Shown: piece after piece, positions 47,560 through 55,005 of the stretch
Layout: every line of letters starts with the position of its first letter
How positions within the stretch are numbered: position 1 is the first letter of the stretch
Assembly: GCA_044236555.1 (NCBI GenBank)
Contig: JBIIGE010000001.1
Coordinates: forward strand, 669 to 64,668
Reading direction: 5' to 3'
Source of the DNA: Aquirufa sp.
Lineage (GTDB): Bacteria > Bacteroidota > Bacteroidia > Cytophagales > Spirosomataceae
DNA length: 64,000 nucleotides
Position numbers and translations under genes: made by a program
The notes under the pieces: generated by a model
What the model was told of the DNA's origin: nothing
Database searches by the model: none
What the model saw: the letters and a program-made list of their open reading frames with translations, nothing else

Positions 47560-49104
47560 ATGAGAAAAAGAATATCAAACGACGATAGCCGTCGTAGCAG
47601 CCGACCATCAGAAGGTCGTGCACCAGAAGGAAGATCTACAGCAAGATCTACCGGCAGATCAGAAGGTCGCTCTTCCACAGGTCGTGATTTTAACGGCCCA
47701 CGTAATGACTCAGGTGCCCCACGTGCACCCCGTTCAGAATCAAGCAATCGTTTTTCAGGAGAACGCAAGCCCTACCAAGGTGGCGGTGATCGCAAACCAT
47801 TTGATGGCGAAAGAAAACCGTATCAAGGTGGAGATCGCAAACCATTCAATCGCGATAACCGCGAAGGTGGCGAACGACGTTCGTTTGGGGACCGCAAGCC
47901 ATTTGATGGAGAGCGTAAGCCCTATCAAGGTGGTGAAAGAAAACCATTTAATCGTGATAATCGCGAAGGTGGCGAACGCCGTTCCTTTGGGGACCGTAAG
48001 CCATTTGATGGGGAACGCAAACCGTATCAAGGCGGAGAGCGTAAGCCTTTTGGCAGAACTGAAAATCCAACACGCACACCCTATAAAGGAGATAATCGCT
48101 GGGATCGCAACGCGGCTCCTAAAGCAGATGGTTCGGAAGAATCGACGAAACCGCGTGATGAGAATCCAACAGCTCGTATTGAGCGTCGCTACGAGGAGCG
48201 TACGGAACGTTCGGCAGATCGCACAGAGAGTCCTGAAGGTGCTCGCAATCCACGTTATTCTGATCGCGAGACTTTTAAAAGTCGTTCTCGTTTTGATGCG
48301 GGGCCTGCCTACGAGCCTCAATATAAATTAGATCGTTACAAGGAGCGTGCTCCTTCGAAAATCCAAAAGAAAATTGCTCAAACCGAACGTCGCTCTGACG
48401 AAATTCGCTTAAACCGCTACATTGCAAACGCGGGAATTTGTTCTCGTCGCGATGCCGATAAATTAATCGAAGCAGGGGAGATCAAAGTAAATAACAAGGT
48501 GATCACAGAAATGGGATACCAGGTGAAGCCTACGGATATCGTGAAATATGGTAACCGCAAGTTGAACCGCGAAAAACCAGTTTACTTATTATTAAATAAG
48601 CCCAAAGACTTCTTAACCACCACCGACGACCCTAACGATCGCAAGACCGTAATGGAACTTGTAAAGAACGCAACTGAATCGCGCATTTACCCGGTAGGAC
48701 GTTTAGATAGAAATACGACTGGTTTATTGTTATTGACAAATGATGGGGAATTAGCGGATAAATTAACCCACCCATCAAACGAAATCGAGAAGATTTACCA
48801 AGCGGAATTAGACAAGCCTTTGACGGACGAAGATTTCGAGAAAATCAAGGAAGGTTTAACTTTAGAGGATGGTGAAATTAAAGTAGATGATTTAGCCAAA
48901 GTCACTCCAGATGGTTATGTCATCGGTGTTAAAATTCACTCTGGCAAGAATCGCATCGTTCGTCGTATTTTCGAACACCTCGGTTACGAAGTAACGAAAC
49001 TAGATCGCACTACCTTCTCTGGCTTAACCAAGAAAGATCTTCCACGCGGAAGCTGGAGATTCTTAACCGAGAGAGAGTTAGTGAAGTTGAAGTATTTGAT
49101 GTAG
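47560..49104 (+). CDS. rRNA pseudouridine synthase (RluB/RsuA family, S4 domain) with ~280-aa disordered N-terminus
   Basis: RLNRYIANAGICSRRDAD, LLNKPK, PVGRLDRNTTGLLLLTNDG and GKNRIVRR. Confidence 0.95.
   Translation: MRKRISNDDSRRSSRPSEGRAPEGRSTARSTGRSEGRSSTGRDFNGPRNDSGAPRAPRSESSNRFSGERKPYQGGGDRKPFDGERKPYQGGDRKPFNRDNREGGERRSFGDRKPFDGERKPYQGGERKPFNRDNREGGERRSFGDRKPFDGERKPYQGGERKPFGRTENPTRTPYKGDNRWDRNAAPKADGSEESTKPRDENPTARIERRYEERTERSADRTESPEGARNPRYSDRETFKSRSRFDAGPAYEPQYKLDRYKERAPSKIQKKIAQTERRSDEIRLNRYIANAGICSRRDADKLIEAGEIKVNNKVITEMGYQVKPTDIVKYGNRKLNREKPVYLLLNKPKDFLTTTDDPNDRKTVMELVKNATESRIYPVGRLDRNTTGLLLLTNDGELADKLTHPSNEIEKIYQAELDKPLTDEDFEKIKEGLTLEDGEIKVDDLAKVTPDGYVIGVKIHSGKNRIVRRIFEHLGYEVTKLDRTTFSGLTKKDLPRGSWRFLTERELVKLKYLM
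47785..48051 (+). repeat. 102-bp (34-aa) coding tandem repeat, about 2.6 copies
   Basis: GDRKPFDGERKPYQGG(D/E)RKPF(NRDNREGGERRSF) units start at 47785, 47887 and 47989. Confidence 0.92.
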
Positions 49105-49200
49105 TCGAAGCGAAGCTGCGAGTACAGTAAACAGTAAACAGTAGTCGGTAGCCAGTGTTTGACTAGTTACTGTCTACTGATTACTGTCCACTGTCGACTA
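49102..49200. repeat. Heptamer-periodic inverted repeat (CAGTnnn x5 facing ACTRnnn x6)
   Basis: CAGTAAA CAGTAAA CAGTAGT CGGTAGC CAGTGTT at 49125-49159, then ACTAGTT ACTGTCT ACTGATT ACTGTCC ACTGTCG ACTA at 49162-49200. Outer TAGTCGA/TCGACTA inverted pair. Confidence 0.9.
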
Positions 49201-49240
49201 ACAAAAAAGCCGTTGAAGGAATTCAACGGCTTTTTTGTTA
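49199..49240. terminator. Bidirectional rho-independent terminator
   Basis: Perfect 19-bp arms TAACAAAAAAGCCGTTGAA-ggaa-TTCAACGGCTTTTTTGTTA. Confidence 0.93.
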
Positions 49241-50164
49241 AATATTCATCAACGATTCTCTGCGTCTCATCTTTCCAGCTGGAATGCCGAACATCATCTT
49301 GAAACGACGGCAGAAATACGCCGTGTCTTTATAACCTACTTCGGAACCGATCGCGCGGATGGATTTCTTCGTTGTGCGAAGTAAACCTACTGCCGCTTCC
49401 ATACGTTGGTACTCGATATAATCTTGTGGGTTGATACCCGTTAACATCTTGAAATATTGACCTACGTAGTCTTCTGATACGTTTGCGACGTTCGCCAAAA
49501 CTTTATTTGACAAATCACCACCCAAATGATCCTTGATGTAAGCGAAGATATCGATTAAGCGTGGATCTTTAAAGTAGGTCGAGTTCGTAGCTAATTGCTC
49601 TACAAATAAACGGTTCTCAATGATGTAACGAATCACTTCGATTACAATTTCTTCCGTTTTGATTTTAATAATACGGCCTTTACCAATCGCATCTGACAAA
49701 TCTTCTTCTAAGATTTCACGGATGGTTGCCGCTAATTTATCATCACGTTTGATTAAGAACGGAGGAATATCTAGGGAAGTGAAGAAGTTTACTGAATCGA
49801 AAACTTTCGCTTCGAAGGCCACCATTCCGAATGAGTTAGGTTGCATTCCGATTTGAGATGCGTCGGTATTTTGATCAAAATACAGTTCCCGGTGCGTCAT
49901 GAACTCTTCATTGTTCACCGCTTTCGGTTTTTCTGCGTTTCCGTACGTTACACTGATCATTTTGCCTCCTGGGATAAAAAGCATATCGCCTTCTTCCACT
50001 GGTGTTTCCTCTTCTCCAAAAGAAACCTCCCCTTTGTACAATATCAAGAGTGAATTTTCTACGTCATAGAAATTCTTGATACGAATCGGTTGTAATATTC
50101 TAATGTTGCGCGCTTTGATGAATTTAACACCTAAGGACTCGATGATCTTGTTATAATCTTCCAT
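49238..50164 (-). CDS. AraC-family transcriptional regulator
   Basis: Cupin-like N-terminus; C-terminal double HTH (LANVANVSEDY..FK..TG..; IGSEVGY.DTAYFCRRFK..FG). Confidence 0.93.
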   Translation of the reverse strand: MEDYNKIIESLGVKFIKARNIRILQPIRIKNFYDVENSLLILYKGEVSFGEEETPVEEGDMLFIPGGKMISVTYGNAEKPKAVNNEEFMTHRELYFDQNTDASQIGMQPNSFGMVAFEAKVFDSVNFFTSLDIPPFLIKRDDKLAATIREILEEDLSDAIGKGRIIKIKTEEIVIEVIRYIIENRLFVEQLATNSTYFKDPRLIDIFAYIKDHLGGDLSNKVLANVANVSEDYVGQYFKMLTGINPQDYIEYQRMEAAVGLLRTTKKSIRAIGSEVGYKDTAYFCRRFKMMFGIPAGKMRRRESLMNI

Positions 50165-50215
50165 AATTTATCTCCCAAACAGAGTAATTAATACGATTTC
50201 TCAAATAAACTTGGA

Positions 50216-50223
50216 CAAAACTA
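50216..50223 (-). promoter_or_regulatory. Sigma-A -7 element for the AraC gene
   Basis: CAAAACTA on + strand = TAGTTTTG on - strand. Confidence 0.5.
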
Positions 50224-50429
50224 ATAAATCAGATAATAATTCCAAATTATTTCGTCGATTAATTTGTGCGATGAAAGCTGTTTTTTTTCAGGTATTTATT
50301 TGTAATATATCAATAAGGGGCAGATTCATTATAGGAAGTAATTTGCAAGAAGTTCTTTGGCCTATTTTATAATTATTTCGAGGAAATTGTAAAATTCTAT
50401 TTTTTTAAAATTTTACCTCAATTTTTATG

Positions 50430-50437
50430 TAAATTTG
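50430..50437 (+). promoter_or_regulatory. Sigma-A -7 element for mreB
   Basis: TAAATTTG, 22 nt before the ATG. Confidence 0.6.
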
Positions 50438-50459
50438 TGTTTTACTATCACAAAATCAG

Positions 50460-51485
50460 ATGGGCTTATTTAATTTTCTTTCGAAGGACATTGCCATGGA
50501 CTTAGGTACGGCAAATACCTTGATTATTCACAAAGATCAGGTTGTTGTAGACGAACCGTCTATCATTGCTTTGGACCGTAATACCAATAAAGTATTAGCT
50601 GTAGGTCGTCAAGCCATGATGATGCACGAGAAGACAAATGATAATATTAAGACGATTCGCCCATTAAAAGACGGTGTAATTGCGGACTTTACCGCAGCCG
50701 AATTGATGATGCGTGGTTTAATCAAAATGATGGATAAAGGGAATTCGTTCTTTTCTCCAGCCTTAAGAATGGTTATCTGTATTCCATCCGGTATTACGGA
50801 GGTAGAAAAAAGAGCCGTTAAGGACTCCGCAGAACATGCCGGAGCACGTGAAGTCTACATGGTACACGAACCGATTGCTGCGGCTATTGGTATCGGAATT
50901 GATATTGAACAACCGAATGGATCCCTTGTAGTCGATATTGGAGGTGGTACAACGGAAGTTGCGATTATTTCATTGAGCGGAATCGTAGTTGAAAATTCGA
51001 TTCGTGTTGCGGGAGATGAGTTTACGCGTGATATTAAAGATTATTTGTTGCGTGAGCACAAGCTGGTTATTGGTGAGCGTTCAGCGGAGCAAATTAAGAT
51101 CCAAGTAGGTTCTGCATTGCCAGAATTAGAGAATCCTCCAGCAGATTTTGAGATCCGTGGTCGTGATCAAATGACAGGAATACCGAAAGAAATCCTCATC
51201 AACTATTCAGAAATCGCTTATGCTTTAGATAGCTCAATCACAAAAATTGAGGTAGCGATCATGGAAACGTTGCAAAGAGCTCCTGCCGAATTATCTGGCG
51301 ATATTTTCCACAACGGTATTCACTTAGCGGGTGGTGGTGCGATGTTGCACGGTTTAGATAAGCGTATTGAAAAGAAGACTCAGTTAAAAGTACATGTGGC
51401 GGACGATCCTTTGAAAGCCGTTATCCGTGGTACGGGAGAAATCTTGAAAAACTTAGAGAAATACCGTCCGGTATTGATTACCTAG
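50460..51485 (+). CDS. mreB: Rod shape-determining protein MreB
   Basis: DLGTANT, RPLKDGVIADF, PSGITEVEKRAV, EPIAAAIG and VDIGGGTTE. Confidence 0.98.
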   Translation: MGLFNFLSKDIAMDLGTANTLIIHKDQVVVDEPSIIALDRNTNKVLAVGRQAMMMHEKTNDNIKTIRPLKDGVIADFTAAELMMRGLIKMMDKGNSFFSPALRMVICIPSGITEVEKRAVKDSAEHAGAREVYMVHEPIAAAIGIGIDIEQPNGSLVVDIGGGTTEVAIISLSGIVVENSIRVAGDEFTRDIKDYLLREHKLVIGERSAEQIKIQVGSALPELENPPADFEIRGRDQMTGIPKEILINYSEIAYALDSSITKIEVAIMETLQRAPAELSGDIFHNGIHLAGGGAMLHGLDKRIEKKTQLKVHVADDPLKAVIRGTGEILKNLEKYRPVLIT

Positions 51486-51491
51486 TAGGGG

Positions 51492-52331
51492 ATGAATCAA
51501 CTGTTTGAGTTTTTATTGCGTCAGCGAAATCTGCTTCTGTTTATTTTGCTGCAGGGTATCAGTCTTTGGTCTGTGTTTACCTACAATAATTACCAACACA
51601 CGCTCTATTTTAATACTACGAATGCTTGGGCTGCGTCCATTTTATCCACTCGTCAAGAAGTGGCATCCTATCATCAATTACGGGATATTAACGGGGAATT
51701 AGCCTTGGAGAATCAAAAGCTGCACCAACAAGTTTTTCAACTCCAAGCCCAAGTCCAGCAAAAGGCTGAATTGCCAGTTTTTTTTAGCCAAGCCTCTCTT
51801 GACCGTTACAAGCCGATTGCGTGCAAAGTGATTGATCAGAGTACTCGAAATTCTCAGAATTATTTAACGATTGAAAAAGGTTCGCAAGATGGCATTAAGC
51901 CTGGTATGGCTGTAATTTCCTCTACAGGTGTAGTAGGGAAAGTTATATCGTGTACAGAGAATTTATCCTTAATTGTCTCTGTATTGCACACTAGTAATAC
52001 GGTTTCAGCTAAAATTAAGTCTTCTGGTGAATTAGGCTACATTAAATGGCCTGGCTATCAGCCGGAAGTCGCTGAATTAATGGATGTTTCTAAATACAAA
52101 AAAGTAGTCAAAGGGGATACCATTGTTACATCCGATTATAACGCAGTTTTTCCTCCCAATGTACCTATCGGTATTGTTGTAAAGGTCGGTTTACAGGATG
52201 ATGGGACGTTTCATGACATCAGAGTAATGTTACTGACCCATTTTTCTACTTTGCGGTATGTGTATGTGATTGAGAATAAGTTTGCAGGGCAGCAGGCGAA
52301 ATTGGAGCAAACTAAACCCAAAATCGACTAA
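51492..52331 (+). CDS. mreC: Rod shape-determining protein MreC
   Basis: TM and coiled coil; KGSQDGIKPGMAVI..GVVGKV and GDTIVTS...VFPPNVPIG. Confidence 0.95.
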   Translation: MNQLFEFLLRQRNLLLFILLQGISLWSVFTYNNYQHTLYFNTTNAWAASILSTRQEVASYHQLRDINGELALENQKLHQQVFQLQAQVQQKAELPVFFSQASLDRYKPIACKVIDQSTRNSQNYLTIEKGSQDGIKPGMAVISSTGVVGKVISCTENLSLIVSVLHTSNTVSAKIKSSGELGYIKWPGYQPEVAELMDVSKYKKVVKGDTIVTSDYNAVFPPNVPIGIVVKVGLQDDGTFHDIRVMLLTHFSTLRYVYVIENKFAGQQAKLEQTKPKID

Positions 52332-52332
52332 A

Positions 52333-52842
52333 ATGGGAAGTAATTTTCAATATAAATGGTTGATTGGGGTTGTTTTGACCATCTTACTACAAGTCTTGTT
52401 CTTGCGTGATTTGGCCTTATTCTATTATGGATTTTGTTTCATCTATTTATGGGCCATTATCAAGGCGCCTATCGATACACCCCCTCTTTATTTGATTTTA
52501 GGTGGCTTTGCATTAGGATGGCTATTGGATATCTTTTATAATACGCATGGGATGCATGCATTTTCAACCGTTCTTATCGCTTGGTTGCGTCCTACTTTCT
52601 TTTCTATTTTGACACCTGCGAATGGGTATGATGAGCGCTCTAATATCAGTTTAGCAGAGTTGAAATGGATGTGGTTTTTTCCTTACTTAGGATTGATGTT
52701 GTTTACGCACCATTTTGTGTTGTTTCAGCTAGAAGCAAGTGAGGCAAGTTTATTTGGCCTAAGCCTGTTGAAGGCCTTTTTAAGTACCGTTTTAGGCGTC
52801 ATTGTATTTGCGCTACTAGAACTATTCAATAAAGGCAAATAA
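52333..52842 (+). CDS. mreD: Rod shape-determining protein MreD
   Basis: Hydrophobic protein with GF.LG..LDIFYNT.GMHA; follows mreC; ATG at 52333. Confidence 0.88.
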   Translation: MGSNFQYKWLIGVVLTILLQVLFLRDLALFYYGFCFIYLWAIIKAPIDTPPLYLILGGFALGWLLDIFYNTHGMHAFSTVLIAWLRPTFFSILTPANGYDERSNISLAELKWMWFFPYLGLMLFTHHFVLFQLEASEASLFGLSLLKAFLSTVLGVIVFALLELFNKGK

Positions 52843-52850
52843 GCCTTTTT
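52831..52850 (+). terminator. Weak possible terminator after mreD
   Basis: AAAGGC-aaataa-GCCTTT followed by a T-rich run. Confidence 0.4.
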
Positions 52851-52911
52851 GTCACCTTTTCTTTTTGGCGTTTAAATTGTAAGCATAGCGTTATCTTATT
52901 GATAAACCGCC

Positions 52912-53517
52912 ATGAGTACAGAAACTAGTTCAGCTATTGCACTGACAGAATCGCAAGCCAGGGATCTCTTTGAAAAAGAGTTTGTTCCACACCTAGATGC
53001 GATGTATAATTTTGCCCTTCGACTGACTAATGACGAGGACGACGCGCATGATTTAGTACAAGATACGTGCGTACGTGCTTTTCGATTTATTGGATCATTT
53101 GAGCCTGGGACTTATGCCAAAGCTTGGTTGTTCCGTATTCTTAAGAATAATTTCATCAACGATTACCGCAAAAAATCCCGTGGACCTTCTAAGGTCGAGT
53201 TCGAATGGGTGGAGCAATCTTTTGCAGGAGAAGATGATCCTGAGCCTGCTTTTCAAGCTGATTTACAAGCTGAGACAGTGAATGAGATGTTAGGGGATGA
53301 GATTACGTCAGCTATTCAAGCGTTGCCAGTGGATTTTCGAATGATTATTATTTTGTGTGATTTGGAGGAGTTTAGCTATGAAGAAATGGCCAAAATTCTG
53401 AATATCCCCATCGGTACTGTGCGTTCCCGACTTCATCGGGCACGTACCATGCTGAAGGAAACCTTAGCTGAATATGCTGCTAAAAGAGGATACAAAACTG
53501 ACATGTTGTCAGCCTAG
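52912..53517 (+). CDS. ECF sigma-70 factor (SigR/SigH-like, ECF12-type)
   Basis: DLVQDT..RAF..SFEPGT..KAWLFRILKNNFINDYRKK; FSYEEMA..IPIGTVRSRLHRAR. Confidence 0.92.
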   Translation: MSTETSSAIALTESQARDLFEKEFVPHLDAMYNFALRLTNDEDDAHDLVQDTCVRAFRFIGSFEPGTYAKAWLFRILKNNFINDYRKKSRGPSKVEFEWVEQSFAGEDDPEPAFQADLQAETVNEMLGDEITSAIQALPVDFRMIIILCDLEEFSYEEMAKILNIPIGTVRSRLHRARTMLKETLAEYAAKRGYKTDMLSA

Positions 53518-53520
53518 TGC

Positions 53521-53546
53521 GGAACTATTTTTTTATCATCGATGTT
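53521..53546 (+). promoter_or_regulatory. Putative ECF (SigR/SigH-type) promoter upstream of the anti-sigma gene
   Basis: GGAAC (53521-25), 18-nt spacer, GTT (53544-46); ATG at 53556. Confidence 0.6.
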
Positions 53547-53555
53547 AAAAGCACT

Positions 53556-53837
53556 ATGAAGTCGAATTGTTCCCATCAAGCTGAATGTATAAAGCTGATC
53601 CAGCGCATCTTGGATAAAGAGGCGTCAGCGGAGGATGAGGCTCGTTTTTTAGTTAATAAAGAGCTCTGTTCCCCATGTAAAGAAGGGTATGAACTTGAGG
53701 TCGCGCTTCGTAGTGCCTTAAAATCCAAATGCACATCTACCTGTCCAACCCATTTACTTGAAAGTATTCGATTAAAAATATCATCTATTATCCTCCTTAT
53801 ATTGCTCTTAATTCCCTTATTTTGTTGGTTCATTTAA
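53556..53837 (+). CDS. Putative zinc-binding-type (RsrA-like) anti-sigma factor with C-terminal TM helix
   Basis: C..LIQ.ILD.E.....E......CSPC...YELE..LR..L..KC...CP..L...IR pattern; hydrophobic tail; adjacent to the ECF sigma. Confidence 0.78.
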   Translation: MKSNCSHQAECIKLIQRILDKEASAEDEARFLVNKELCSPCKEGYELEVALRSALKSKCTSTCPTHLLESIRLKISSIILLILLLIPLFCWFI

Positions 53838-53849
53838 TCATCAGAATTT

Positions 53850-54416
53850 TTGGAAGGCAAACTCATCATATTTTCAGCTCCATCCGGCTCAGGTAAAACC
53901 ACGATCGTGAAAGAACTATTAGCCCGAAATGCTAATTTAGGTTTTTCGATTTCTGCTTGTACACGCGATAAACGTGGTCGCCATGAAGAGCATGGAAAAG
54001 ATTACTATTTTTTAACACCAGATGATTTTCGTGCAAAAATCTCCAACGACGAGTTCGTCGAATGGGAAGAGGTATATGCAGGAGCCTATTATGGGACTTT
54101 AAAGGCAGAAATTGAACGTATCTGGGCATCTGGGAAACATGTAATTTTTGATGTGGATGTGCGCGGAGGCTTAGCTTTGAAGAAGTATTATGGAGATAGG
54201 GCGTTAGCCGTTTTTGTGAAAGTGCCTACACTAGAGATGTTAGAAGAGCGTTTGCGTTCACGTGGGACGGAAGATGAGGAGGCCTTGTCTAAGCGTATTT
54301 TCAAGATGAAATTTGAGTGGTCTTTCCAAGATCAGTTTGATGTTATTTTAGTGAATGATAAGTTAGACGAGGCAGTGGCTGAGGCGCAAGCTTTATTCGA
54401 TAAATTAACGAAATAA
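53850..54416 (+). CDS. gmk: Guanylate kinase
   Basis: [32 protein letters not shown]...YYGT and DVDVRG. Confidence 0.97.
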   Translation: MEGKLIIFSAPSGSGKTTIVKELLARNANLGFSISACTRDKRGRHEEHGKDYYFLTPDDFRAKISNDEFVEWEEVYAGAYYGTLKAEIERIWASGKHVIFDVDVRGGLALKKYYGDRALAVFVKVPTLEMLEERLRSRGTEDEEALSKRIFKMKFEWSFQDQFDVILVNDKLDEAVAEAQALFDKLTK

Positions 54417-54988
54417 TGAAAATAGGCCTGTTTTTTGGTTCTTTTAACCCCATTCACCAGGGTCATTTGATCATTGCCCAGGCCGTATTGAATCAGACGG
54501 AGGTGGACCAAATTTGGTTCGTCGTTTCTCCTCAGAATCCCCATAAAAAGTCTAAAAGTCTTTTGCATGAGTTTGATCGTTTGGATCTAGTGGACCGCGC
54601 CATAGCGGACAATTATGCCTTTAAATCTTCAGATATCGAGTTTCAGTTACCACGTCCATCTTACACCATTGATACGTTAGTGCATTTAGCGGAGCGCTAT
54701 CCAGAGAACGAATTCAAGTTGATTATAGGAGGGGATAATTTAGAGCAGTTCAAGAGTTGGAAAAACTACAATCAACTACTTGATTATTATGGCCTCTATG
54801 TCTATCCACGTGGAGAAGAACCTGTCTCAGATTTATGGGCGCATAAGAACGTTCAGCGGATTGAGGCACCTATTTTACACATTTCGGCAACCTATATCAG
54901 AGGCTGTATTCAGCAAGGTAAATCAATAAAATACCTAGTTCCTGATGAAGTAGAGGCTCTTATCTCTATCAAAAAATTCTACCTTTAG
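54416..54988 (+). CDS. nadD: Nicotinate-nucleotide adenylyltransferase
   Basis: GSFNPIHQGH, PQNPHK, SYTIDTL, IIGGDN..F.SW and ISATYIR. Confidence 0.97.
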   Translation: MKIGLFFGSFNPIHQGHLIIAQAVLNQTEVDQIWFVVSPQNPHKKSKSLLHEFDRLDLVDRAIADNYAFKSSDIEFQLPRPSYTIDTLVHLAERYPENEFKLIIGGDNLEQFKSWKNYNQLLDYYGLYVYPRGEEPVSDLWAHKNVQRIEAPILHISATYIRGCIQQGKSIKYLVPDEVEALISIKKFYL

Positions 54989-55005
54989 GCCTTTCCGCCT
55001 AATCG

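Noticed and set aside
47618-48331. Long alternative-frame ORFs (47618..48331 +, 47755..48321 -, 47487..47768 -)
   Set aside because: Shadow ORFs caused by the stop-poor, repetitive N-terminus of the pseudouridine synthase. The repeats are conserved at protein level only in the main frame.
49102-49240. CRISPR array or tRNA in the repetitive intergenic region
   Set aside because: Units are 7 nt with no unique spacers, there are no cas genes nearby, and no cloverleaf or T-loop (GTTCRA) is present.
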